The notes under the pieces were generated by a model. It did not search any database, had not been told where the DNA came from, and saw nothing but the letters and a program-made list of their open reading frames with translations. Source: an uncultured Gammaproteobacteria bacterium (GTDB lineage Bacteria > Pseudomonadota > Gammaproteobacteria > CAWCPV01). Taken from it: 64,000 nucleotides of DNA. A program made the translations under genes and the position numbers. The stretch covers positions 32,001-96,000 of the forward strand of contig CAWCPV010000006.1 in NCBI GenBank assembly GCA_963797555.1, in the 5' to 3' direction. Below are positions 17,928 to 26,815 of this stretch, in pieces (the stretch's first letter is position 1; every line of letters starts with the position of its first letter).

Positions 17928-20777
17928 TCAGCGATCTGGAGATGGGGGACGAACCACCCGAAAACCGTAGTAGTCGTTGCGGGAATCCGGGCCGCCCCCG
18001 CTGCGGCGGGCGGCACGACAGAGGTAGCGAAGGGAGCACCAGCAACCGCCGCGCAGCGCCCGCAACTCGTCGCCCTTTGTGCCCGTGCGTTCGGGGTTTT
18101 GGTATTCGTTCAGGCACCACTCCCAGACGTTTCCCGCCAGATCGAACACGCCGTGGGGGCTCGCCCCGCCGGGGTAGAGCCCGACGGCGGTGGTGCGGTC
18201 GGGGCCGCCCTCGGCGCTGTTGCAGCGCGCGGCATTCCACTCCCGGCCCCAGGGGTAAACGTTGTTCGGGTCGCCGCCCGTCGCCGCCTTCTCCCACTCG
18301 ACCTCCGTCGGCAGCCGAACCTCGAAGCCGAGCCGATCCGAGAGCCAGCGGCAGAAGGCCACCGCCTCGTACCAGGCAACCGTCTCGCGCGGATGGTTGC
18401 CCTCCGGCCACCTAGGCTCCCAGGCCGCATCGAATCGCTGCGCAAGGCCCTTCCACCACGCGGGATTCGCAAAGCCCGACGGGTCGTCCAGGAAGCAACG
18501 GAACTGGCGATTCGTGACGGGGTAGCGGGCGATGTGGAAAGCGGGCAGGGTGCGCCGCTCGCCCTCTTGGTAGCGGAACTCGCCAGCGGGGACGTCGCCC
18601 CAGTCGATGTCCGGGAGCCACAGCCCAGTCTTCGGGTCCCGGGCGACGCCAACGCCGGGGCGGGTGTCCAGCATCTCCCCCTCCACCTCCACCGCGAGAG
18701 CCTGGCCAATGGCAGCGCGGGCAGCAGGGTCGGGGTCCCGATCGAGGTCGCTGAGCCGCGGGGTCCAGGCGGCCCGCACCCGCTCGAGGGTCGCGGCCGG
18801 AACCCTGGCCCCGCTGCGGGCGAGGCACTGGCCGGCCACCCAGGGCTGGGCGTCGGCCAGCCAGTCGATGATGAGGGTGCAGTCCTCCGGGTAGATGCCC
18901 GCGAGGAGCACCGTCGCCTCCTCCCAGCCGCTGCGCTGCCACCAGCGCTGCACCGGCCAGAGGTCGGCCGCGGCCAGCTCGCGGGCTTGGATCTTGGCCT
19001 GCATCCCCAGGGCGACGAAATACTCCTGCAGGAGCTGGTGGCCGAAGCGGACGTACCCGCCCGTGGGCTCGATCAGGCTCGCCCTGACCGCGAGGCGGTA
19101 CAGCTCCGGCTGCAAGAGCAGGGCGGCATCCCGCGCCGACACCGAGGTCACCGCCTCCGCGCGCCCCGTGTCCTCGCCGTAGCGCTGCATGCTCCAGGCC
19201 ATGCGCCCGGCGGCATCGAGCAGCCGCTCACCGTCAGGGGTCACTACCAGCGACCGGCCGGCCGGGTCCCGCCGACCGAGCCCCTCGCGCTCGATGAGGG
19301 TGTCGACGAAGTAACGGAACAGCACGCCGCGGTTGGCCGGAACCGTCCCGCTGCGCCGATACACCCCGAGCAGCATGACCAGCATGTAGGGGTTGCGCGC
19401 GAGGCGCATGAGGTTGCGGGGCGAGGCCACCTGCTCCGCCCAGACCCGGTAGTCGTGCCCGCTGGTCTTGTGGTAGACATCCGGGCTATCGCGCGGGACC
19501 TCCCGCGCCGAGAAGAACAGCTCCAGGTCGGCACCGGCCGCCTGCCACCTATCCCAGACGGAGCGCACCGCCTCGCCGCCGGCGACAGCCCAGAAGAATG
19601 CCTCGGCGGCCTCGGCGCCGCGCCGGGCACGCTCGGCAGCAGGCAGGTCTTCGGGCTGGGCGGCCGTGAGATAACGCTCGGCGAAGTCGGCGATGCCCGC
19701 AATGGTCAGGGGCTGGATGCGGATGGTGTCGAGCGCGAGGGCCAGGTCCTCACCGTAGTCGTCCTGACGGCAGGTGGCCAGCACCGGAATCGCTTGCGGG
19801 CGGGTCCTGTTCAGCCAGGTCTTTATCCGGCCCGCCTTGTCGGCCCAGGCGCCGGTGGGCAGCTCGTTCAAGCCGTCGAGGAGCAACACGGCGCGGCGGT
19901 CGGTCATCAGGGGGGGAAGGTCGGGCTGCAGCGGCTCGACCTGGCCGGCAAGAAAGTCTTCGAAGGGCGTTGCGTCAGTCCAGTCCCCGAGCTTCACGAG
20001 CAGCGGCAGCGGGGCCCGACCGTCCTCCCGCGCCCGGGCGGCGAGATCCGCGGCGAGCCGCCACAGGGTCGTGGTCTTGCCAGCCCCGGGCGGGCCGAGC
20101 AGCACGGCGCGCGTGATGTCGGGCGTCGGGAAAGCTTCGGTGATGTCCTCGAAACGCCGGGTCTGCTTCTGGCTGCCCGCGCTTCCCACGGCCTCGAAGG
20201 GGATGTGCTGCAGCTCCGGCCGGGCCACCAGCATGGGCAGCGGCGCCTTGTCGTCGCCGCCCAGCTCGGCGGTGCCGGCGAGCGGCGTGTACAGGTCCAC
20301 GTGCTGAAGCTCCCGCAGCTCCAAGCGCCGCAGGTAAGCCAGCTCCCGCTCGCGCGGCTGCTGGGCCGCGAGCGGCGGGGCGGGCACCGGGGCCGGACCT
20401 GGGGCCGGCAGACTCGCCAGCAGCCGGTCCAGGGCACCCTGGTAGTCGCGGAAGAGATCCAGCGCCTGGAGTCGGGCCAGGTCCGCGGGCAGCGGACAGT
20501 CCTCGACCCGCACCGGGAAGATGGGCCGGTCGCGCCGCCGCGCCATGCGCCGCTCCCGCGCCACCCAGGGCCGGGCGTTGGCGGTCGCGCTCACCAGCAC
20601 CACGAACGCGTAGGCCGCAGCGATGGCGTCTGCGATGCGCTGCTCCCACTCGGCTCCCGGCTGGATGTCGCTCACGTCGATCCAGCAGCGGTGGCCGGCC
20701 TCCTCCAGGTCACGCCCAATCTCGCGAGCAAGATCGGCGTTCTCCCGCGCATAGCTGATGAAGATGACGCTGTCCAC
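17928..20777 (-). CDS. NLR-like DGR target 2: TIR - NACHT - FGE-sulfatase/CLec domain with C-terminal VR
   Basis: IFISYAREN..WID..IQPG..WVARE (TIR_2); LGPPGAGKTT; LLLDGLNE; TCR; RNPYML; FGHQLLQEYF; YPVTNRQF, RLPTEVEWEKAA, DLAGNVWEW, RGGCW..GFRVV; GTG start chosen (ORF open from 20801). Confidence 0.9.
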   Translation of the reverse strand: MDSVIFISYARENADLAREIGRDLEEAGHRCWIDVSDIQPGAEWEQRIADAIAAAYAFVVLVSATANARPWVARERRMARRRDRPIFPVRVEDCPLPADLARLQALDLFRDYQGALDRLLASLPAPGPAPVPAPPLAAQQPRERELAYLRRLELRELQHVDLYTPLAGTAELGGDDKAPLPMLVARPELQHIPFEAVGSAGSQKQTRRFEDITEAFPTPDITRAVLLGPPGAGKTTTLWRLAADLAARAREDGRAPLPLLVKLGDWTDATPFEDFLAGQVEPLQPDLPPLMTDRRAVLLLDGLNELPTGAWADKAGRIKTWLNRTRPQAIPVLATCRQDDYGEDLALALDTIRIQPLTIAGIADFAERYLTAAQPEDLPAAERARRGAEAAEAFFWAVAGGEAVRSVWDRWQAAGADLELFFSAREVPRDSPDVYHKTSGHDYRVWAEQVASPRNLMRLARNPYMLVMLLGVYRRSGTVPANRGVLFRYFVDTLIEREGLGRRDPAGRSLVVTPDGERLLDAAGRMAWSMQRYGEDTGRAEAVTSVSARDAALLLQPELYRLAVRASLIEPTGGYVRFGHQLLQEYFVALGMQAKIQARELAAADLWPVQRWWQRSGWEEATVLLAGIYPEDCTLIIDWLADAQPWVAGQCLARSGARVPAATLERVRAAWTPRLSDLDRDPDPAARAAIGQALAVEVEGEMLDTRPGVGVARDPKTGLWLPDIDWGDVPAGEFRYQEGERRTLPAFHIARYPVTNRQFRCFLDDPSGFANPAWWKGLAQRFDAAWEPRWPEGNHPRETVAWYEAVAFCRWLSDRLGFEVRLPTEVEWEKAATGGDPNNVYPWGREWNAARCNSAEGGPDRTTAVGLYPGGASPHGVFDLAGNVWEWCLNEYQNPERTGTKGDELRALRGGCWCSLRYLCRAARRSGGGPDSRNDYYGFRVVRPPSPDR
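17946..18060 (-). repeat. DGR variable region VR2 of target 2
   Basis: Same scaffold as VR1/TR1 (tgt cgN gcc gcc..cgc aac gac..ttt cgN gtg gtt cgt ccc) with NNC/NNT codons at TR AAC positions; over 75 nt, 11 mismatches at TR1 adenines and 9 elsewhere. Confidence 0.75.
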
Positions 20778-20884
20778 AGAAAAAGACCGGGTTGGAGCCA
20801 AGAAATCGGTTCATTGTAGAGATATCTACCGTGCTCTGGCCCCGTCTTTCTCTCGGCCAACTGGCGCTAAATTTCTGGCTACTG

Positions 20885-21060
20885 CACCATGGTGTGCACG
20901 AGTACTGGCTCGTCCACCCGCTCGATCGGGTCCTGACTGTCTACCATTCAGTAACGGGTGAGTACCGCAAGCCCGGAATCCGCGTAACCACGGGTGCAAC
21001 GCCTGTGGGCATCCTGCCGGGGCTCCAGATCGACTGGGGCCGGCTCTCCCCCACCGGCGT
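20885..21060 (+). pseudogene. Uma2/DUF820 endonuclease C-terminal fragment
   Basis: HGVHEYWLVHPLDRVLTVY..ILPGLQIDW; N-terminal half absent. Confidence 0.7.
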
Positions 21061-21280
21061 ACCGACAGGGATTGGGCGGGCCGGAGCGCCACGGAGAGGC
21101 GTTGCGCCCGCAGGTCCGAAAAACGGGAAGGCGCGCTGCGCGCCTCCAGCAATCAGCAATTAGTTTAATGATCGGAGGCCAGGCGCCATGCGGACCACGC
21201 CGAGCGCTAACCCGGTCTCGGCAGCAGACGTCGCAATCTTCAACGTCCTTGTCGCTGACCGGCAGCTTCGGCACCGGCCA

Positions 21281-22063
21281 TCACCAGACCGCCATTCCGA
21301 TGACTCCGAACGCCACCAGCGCCAGTACCAGGATCGGGCCGAACGGCTGGTCCAGGACCAAAGCCAGCTCGAACGCGAGAAGGTAGGCGAGGATGCTCGT
21401 CCCCACCGCGATGGCCAGCGAGATCTTCCAGTTGGGGCCGGCCCGGTATGCGACCATGGGAGGCACGAAAACCAGCCCGAACGCGGCCATGACGCCGATC
21501 GACGACGTGGCGAGGGCAATACCGGCGGCAATCAACAGGTCGAAGTACAGGTGAAAGCGTCTGGGTGAATGCCCGCTCGCCAGAAAGAAATCCGGAAACA
21601 TGCGCTCCAGCAGCAACTTCGGCGACAGCCAGCGCATCACCACCGCGCACACCATCATGAACGCCGCCGCGACCGTCAGGTGGGAGGCGCTCGTAAAGTA
21701 GAGCTGGCCATCGTACAGCGCGTGCCCCAGGTGTTCGGCCATTGGCACGTTGGCGAGCACCAGAATTCCGCATCCCCACCCCAGCAGCATGAACAATGCG
21801 TAGCCATTGTTGCCGCCCCGCGATGTCCACGCCTTTACGACCGCAGCGGAAGCCGAAGCGACGATCGCGCCGACATAAAAGGGAGCGGCCACGATGGCGG
21901 CAGCCAGCGACCCGGCTGCGGCCAACTGGGCAAGGGCCAGCGCGGCGAGCCATTCCTCGCGCAGCAGCAGGTACATGCCGAGGAGCGGGAGCACGAAGGC
22001 GAACACCAGGCCGGTGAAGAAGGGCAGCCGGAACACCGGGTCGAAGACCGCCAGAGGGCTCAT
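21281..22063 (-). CDS. Metal (Zn/Mn) ABC transporter permease
   Basis: ABC-3 type TM pattern, ATGA-coupled to the ATPase. Confidence 0.85.
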   Translation of the reverse strand: MSPLAVFDPVFRLPFFTGLVFAFVLPLLGMYLLLREEWLAALALAQLAAAGSLAAAIVAAPFYVGAIVASASAAVVKAWTSRGGNNGYALFMLLGWGCGILVLANVPMAEHLGHALYDGQLYFTSASHLTVAAAFMMVCAVVMRWLSPKLLLERMFPDFFLASGHSPRRFHLYFDLLIAAGIALATSSIGVMAAFGLVFVPPMVAYRAGPNWKISLAIAVGTSILAYLLAFELALVLDQPFGPILVLALVAFGVIGMAVW

Positions 22064-22719
22064 TTGCCGACCTCTACGAGACGGGTGCAGACCTTGTCCA
22101 GGAACCGGTGGTCGTGGCTGATCAAGATGATGGCGTGGCCGTCGGTCAGCTTGACCAGCTCGTGTTCCATATACTCCAGGCCCTTGGGATCCACATTGTT
22201 GGTCGGCTCGTCCAACATCACTAGGTCGACGGGTGCCTTCAGGCAGGCCCACACCTGCAGAAATTGCAGTTGTCCGCCGCTCAACCGGTCGAGCCGCCTG
22301 TCCAGGAGTTGTCGAATCCAATTCGGCAGCGAGTCGCTGTCGGCTCCGGTCAAGGCCAGGAGCTCGCGGCCCGAGAGGGGGATGTCTTCCAGAGGAAGGG
22401 GATTCTGCTGCTGATGAGCGATGCGCAGCCCCGGTCGCTTCTCGATGCGGCCGGCAAAGACCTTGACGGTGCCCCCGATCGCTTTCATCAGGGTGGATTT
22501 GCCCGAACCGTTGGGGCCGCGGATGCAGACGATCTCGCCCCGAGCGACGGAGAAGCTTATCGGACCAACCACCGGACGCTCATAGCCCGCCGCAACGCCC
22601 TCGACCGACAGCAATGCCGAATCCGGCGGCATTTCCGCGGCCGCATCCTCTATCGAATGGGTCCCGAGCGCACCCGGCTGACGCCCGCCGGACCCCGCTG
22701 CAGCCGTGTCAAGGGCCAC
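22060..22719 (-). CDS. Metal ABC transporter ATP-binding protein
   Basis: GPNGSGKST, LSGGQ, MLDEPTNNVD, ISHD. Confidence 0.9.
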   Translation of the reverse strand: MALDTAAAGSGGRQPGALGTHSIEDAAAEMPPDSALLSVEGVAAGYERPVVGPISFSVARGEIVCIRGPNGSGKSTLMKAIGGTVKVFAGRIEKRPGLRIAHQQQNPLPLEDIPLSGRELLALTGADSDSLPNWIRQLLDRRLDRLSGGQLQFLQVWACLKAPVDLVMLDEPTNNVDPKGLEYMEHELVKLTDGHAIILISHDHRFLDKVCTRLVEVGK

Positions 22720-23644
22720 GGGTGTGGGACTCGATCGCGGCCAGCAAGCGGCTGATCGTGTCGTCGTAAAGGCTGAACAGGTCCTTCGCCTGCGGGGTCC
22801 CCCCGATGGTCGCGGCGACTGCGACCGCCGGGATGTGAATGCGCTGGGCCAGCCAATCGGAGGCGTCCGGCGACTTGTAGGTCGCCCTGACGATGAGCTT
22901 GGCCGGGTGCACTCGCTGCTGGTCCAGCAGCTCTTCCAGATGCGCAGAAGTGGGTTCCACGCCCGGCTTGGGCTCCAGAGAGCCCATGACCGGCATGCCT
23001 ATCCAGTGAAAGAGATAGGTGATCTCCTTGTGGTGCTCGATCACGGGCACTCCCTTCAGTGGTGCAGCTTCCTGCTCCCACTTCCTCATCGCAGCCTCCC
23101 AGCGCTCGGTGAACGAGCGCAGACGGGACTGGTAGGCGCTGGCACCTTGGGGGTCTGTCTCGATCAAGCGCTTGGTCAGCTCATCGGCCGCCAGCAGGAT
23201 ATTCTGCGGGTCGTAAACCAGGTGCGGATTGCCCACCGGATGAAGATCGCCGAGCGAACGGTCGAGCACGGCCGGCCGCTCGATGACTTGGACGTAATCC
23301 GCCACTTCCAGATGTCCCGGCTTTCCGAGCTGGATCTTGTCGTTCCCGGATTGGGCCAGGACCGGCGGCAGCCAACCGACCTCGAGCTCGGCCCCCGCGC
23401 ACACCACGAGGTCGGCGCGGCGTGCCGCGGCGATCAAGCTGGGCTTTGCTTGAACCCGATGCGGGTCTTGTAGGCCCGTCGTGGCGACAAAGACGCGGGC
23501 CCGGTCGCCCGCGATCTCGGTCGTGAGAGCGCCCCACTCCGGCTCACACGCGAACACCTCGACGGCCGCGGATGCGGGTGCGGGTGCGGGTGCGACAGCC
23601 GCCCATAACGTCAGACAAATGAACCACTTAGGCCAATTTCTCAT
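22709..23644 (-). CDS. Zn/Mn ABC substrate-binding protein (ZnuA/TroA family)
   Basis: Signal peptide, QDPH, GAELEVGWLP, HPVGNPH, LEPKPGVEPT. Confidence 0.9.
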   Translation of the reverse strand: MRNWPKWFICLTLWAAVAPAPAPASAAVEVFACEPEWGALTTEIAGDRARVFVATTGLQDPHRVQAKPSLIAAARRADLVVCAGAELEVGWLPPVLAQSGNDKIQLGKPGHLEVADYVQVIERPAVLDRSLGDLHPVGNPHLVYDPQNILLAADELTKRLIETDPQGASAYQSRLRSFTERWEAAMRKWEQEAAPLKGVPVIEHHKEITYLFHWIGMPVMGSLEPKPGVEPTSAHLEELLDQQRVHPAKLIVRATYKSPDASDWLAQRIHIPAVAVAATIGGTPQAKDLFSLYDDTISRLLAAIESHTRGP

Positions 23645-23676
23645 GTGCTGTCGTCCTGTTTAAACGGGCCGCCGGC

Positions 23677-25179
23677 CTAGAATTTGTGAGCGCCGTGGGT
23701 ACCCAGACTCATGATGTACTGCAGGAACACCTGGTTGTCGGTGAGCCCGCGTTGGTATTGGTCCTGGTTGAACTGCAGCCTGAGACGGCTGAACTCGGAA
23801 GGGCTCCAATCGATCATCTCGGAGAAACGCTGCGGCTTGAAGCTGGTCGCGGTAACGCCGTTCGCCGCGTTCAGCCCTGCGCCGATGCTTCCGGGATCGA
23901 GCTGGTCGTAACGCAGGCCCACGCGCCAATAGGGGTGAAACTGATATACGCCCTGCAGGTACCAGCCCGACTGATTGCTGTTGAAGGAGTCGATGCTGTC
24001 GATGCTTGTCGTGTCGAACGCCAGTTGCCCGCCGCGCTTGAGCTGCATCCACTCGGTGACGAACTTGAAGTTCTTGTAGTAGTAGTCGCCGTTGGGCGCC
24101 CACTTGTACACGAAGTCCACGCCGTTCACCTGCGTGTCGCCGGTGAAGCTGTTGCTGACTCCGGTACGCTCGTCCAGATCCGCGATCGGTACGCCGTTGC
24201 TGCCCGTCGCGGTGCGCAAGGTCCACAGCCCAAACCGATAGCTGCCCCCGGTCCCGATGTCCCCGCCGACGTGCGCGAATGCCGTGCCGGCGCCGACTCC
24301 GTTCTGGTTGCGGTCCGACCCGGGCGGTTCCGCGCCGCGCCCGACCTCGCCCCCCAGCTCGAGGAAAACAGGAGTCGGGGCGACCCAGTTGAGCTGCAGA
24401 CCGTCGTCACCGTAGTTGTCACCCAGGAACACGCGTTGCACCAGCGCCGGATCGACGAAGTCCCACGCATGGGCGTGAACCGAGTTCTCGTAGCCGATCG
24501 CTGAAAAGAACCGGCCTCCCTTGACGCTCAGGCCGTGGCCCAATCCCAGGGTCTGGAAATACGCTTCCTCCACCGAGACCGTGTTGTCCGGTTCCACGGC
24601 CAGGTTCATGGCTCCGCTGAACCACGGGTCCACGCTGGCCGAGATGAACAGCTCGGACTCGTCGAGAGTGAATCCTCGCCTCCCGGGCAGCTTGTCTTGC
24701 TTGACCGCATCGGCATTGGACAGGAAGCCCTCCACCTTGTAGTCGTTCGGATTGTGCTGCAGGTTGGCGTATTGGCCGTTTAGGATCAGGGAGATCGCGG
24801 GATTGAAGGCATTGGGCGTGCTCTGCTTGGTCGACGCCTGGACCGCGGAGGATTGCGCCTGGACCGCAGACGATTGCGCTTGGGCCGCGGACGATTGGGC
24901 TTGGGCCGCGACCGTCTGCGCCCGCGTGGCCGCAGCCTCGGCCCTGCTCGCTCGGGCCTCTGCTTCGTCGAGACGTTTTTCCAGTGCTCGGGTCTGGGCT
25001 TCGTAGCTCTTCTTCAGCTCCTTGATCTGTTCGCGGATCTGGGCCAGCTCGGCATCGCCAGCAGCATACAGCGGGGCCGGACACCCCACCGCCAGCACGA
25101 TAGCGAGCGCTCCGACTTTCGGCTGAAACTGCCGCAAACCGATAGCCCCGGGCGCCACCCGCAGGGTGCGTTGGTTCAT
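23677..25179 (-). CDS. Outer-membrane beta-barrel/porin of the metal uptake cluster
   Basis: Signal peptide, coiled coil, FNPAISLIL, EEAY, HAHAWDFVD, WSPSEFSRLRLQ, C-terminal GTHGAHKF; 21-bp tandem repeat (QAQSSAx) at about 24838-24910. Confidence 0.8.
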   Translation of the reverse strand: MNQRTLRVAPGAIGLRQFQPKVGALAIVLAVGCPAPLYAAGDAELAQIREQIKELKKSYEAQTRALEKRLDEAEARASRAEAAATRAQTVAAQAQSSAAQAQSSAVQAQSSAVQASTKQSTPNAFNPAISLILNGQYANLQHNPNDYKVEGFLSNADAVKQDKLPGRRGFTLDESELFISASVDPWFSGAMNLAVEPDNTVSVEEAYFQTLGLGHGLSVKGGRFFSAIGYENSVHAHAWDFVDPALVQRVFLGDNYGDDGLQLNWVAPTPVFLELGGEVGRGAEPPGSDRNQNGVGAGTAFAHVGGDIGTGGSYRFGLWTLRTATGSNGVPIADLDERTGVSNSFTGDTQVNGVDFVYKWAPNGDYYYKNFKFVTEWMQLKRGGQLAFDTTSIDSIDSFNSNQSGWYLQGVYQFHPYWRVGLRYDQLDPGSIGAGLNAANGVTATSFKPQRFSEMIDWSPSEFSRLRLQFNQDQYQRGLTDNQVFLQYIMSLGTHGAHKF

Positions 25180-25251
25180 GGTTTTTCCTCACCGCCAGGC
25201 AACACTGCAACACAGACCCCAACGGGGGCCTGCCGTTACGGGCTTTGAGGC

Positions 25252-25569
25252 TCAGGCGAGAGGCGGTGGGGCGCGGGAGAAATAGGGACGGCAGATACGG
25301 CAGATGATGCGCGGGGCCGCCGGGAGCGCGGGCGCAGCGACGGCCCGCGGCGGCTCCACGAAGAGCGGCACCGAAGGCAAGGCCCCCCCTAGCTGGGCGA
25401 ACGCGACACACTGCTCGCATACGTGGGAATGCGGCAGGTGTTTGTCGGGCTGCCCCGGTCCAGAGAGCGGATCGCTCAGGTGGGAGAGCGGATGCACCGC
25501 CGCTCGCCCCTGGGCGACGAGCACCAGTAGTGCGAGCAGGACAATCGCGACGGGGCGGCGATGCAGCAT
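25252..25569 (-). CDS. Small His/Cys-rich protein (DUF2946-like)
   Basis: TM helix, HPLSH, HVCEQC, C-terminal SRAPP; upstream of the metal porin. Confidence 0.7.
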   Translation of the reverse strand: MLHRRPVAIVLLALLVLVAQGRAAVHPLSHLSDPLSGPGQPDKHLPHSHVCEQCVAFAQLGGALPSVPLFVEPPRAVAAPALPAAPRIICRICRPYFSRAPPPLA

Positions 25570-25853
25570 GGCGAAGTAGCATGCTGCGCGTCCGGCGCGG
25601 CTGTCAAGCGGGGTTTCTTCCCGCATAGACTAGAGAGAGTCCGCGGGATGGGGGCGTGTCAGGACGCCCCCCCCGCATCCCGAAGACTGCTACCATCTTG
25701 CCCGCCAGCGCCCGCCCGGATGGCTCGGCGAGGGGTGCGGGAGGATCCGGGTGACGCTGACCCAGCGAAGCGAGGGCCGGTCAGGGGGCGTTCAGGTTGT
25801 GCGGTTATACTGGGGCCATCGGATTTCCGGAGGCGCCGAGAGGAGAGATTGAG

Positions 25854-26696
25854 ATGTCAACGCAAGGCGATGCCCACACTGGGGCGCATACGCGCCGACG
25901 GCAAGAGCATGTGCTCCCGAAGGTGCTCGCAGCCGGCCTGCTCCTCTTGGCGCCCCTCGGACGGGTGTCGGCAGAACCGGCGCGGGACTGCCAGGTCCGC
26001 GACTTCCCCATCCATCAGACGGTGCACAAGGAGGACTCGCTCGATCTTCGCGTCCCGCCAGGATACGTGGACTCCGTCGCAGTCCGCTGGGATGACGCCA
26101 TCGGAAAGGGACACAACGCCCGTGGGGAGGTGTTTCTGGACGGACAGCCCTTGGGAAACACGGACATCAAATCGGCCGGGAACACGTCGGTGTTCCGAGC
26201 GGACCGCTACGCCTCGCGCGGGCGGGTGACGGTCCGCATCCGCAGGGACGACGCCCACGTCCATTCGGTCAAGGTCGTCCTGTGCGCTGACTCGTCCCGC
26301 GACGGTCGCGGGGCGGAGGAGTCCGTAGCCCCTCTGGCCGAGGAACTGGTCCACCGGACACGGCGCCTGCACCGGGACGCCGAGCGGGAGGCGCAGGGAT
26401 CGCGTCGCTGGAGAGCGGTGCGCGACCTGGAGGCGCTCGAAGCCTCCGCGGAGGACTTCTACCGCCTCGCGGCCGGCGTCCCCCCCGCCGGACGCGAGGC
26501 GCACAGGGCGTACCGGCGGCTGGAGGATGACTACCGGCGCGCGGGCTCGACCCTGGACCAAGCCGATTTCTCCCGCCGCGTGGAAGCCCAGTGGGCTGAC
26601 CTGGCTCCTATCATGCGCCGCCTGGATGAGCGCTTCGACCGTGAACGGCCCCCGGAGAGATCGCGGGAAGGCCGCCCCTGGGAGGGCAGGGACTGA
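25854..26696 (+). CDS. Secreted hypothetical protein (beta domain plus helical domain)
   Basis: GAGGAG upstream, signal-like LLLLAPLGRVSA, typical codon usage. Confidence 0.65.
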   Translation: MSTQGDAHTGAHTRRRQEHVLPKVLAAGLLLLAPLGRVSAEPARDCQVRDFPIHQTVHKEDSLDLRVPPGYVDSVAVRWDDAIGKGHNARGEVFLDGQPLGNTDIKSAGNTSVFRADRYASRGRVTVRIRRDDAHVHSVKVVLCADSSRDGRGAEESVAPLAEELVHRTRRLHRDAEREAQGSRRWRAVRDLEALEASAEDFYRLAAGVPPAGREAHRAYRRLEDDYRRAGSTLDQADFSRRVEAQWADLAPIMRRLDERFDRERPPERSREGRPWEGRD

Positions 26697-26815
26697 CCCG
26701 ACCGGCGCGCGGCGGCTGTCCGCCACGTCCGGCTCCCGGGGCGCGGCCCGGCGTGCTCACCGGGTGAGAGTACCTCGCACTCGTCGACAGGACCGGCTGG
26801 ATGATCTTGCCCCGC

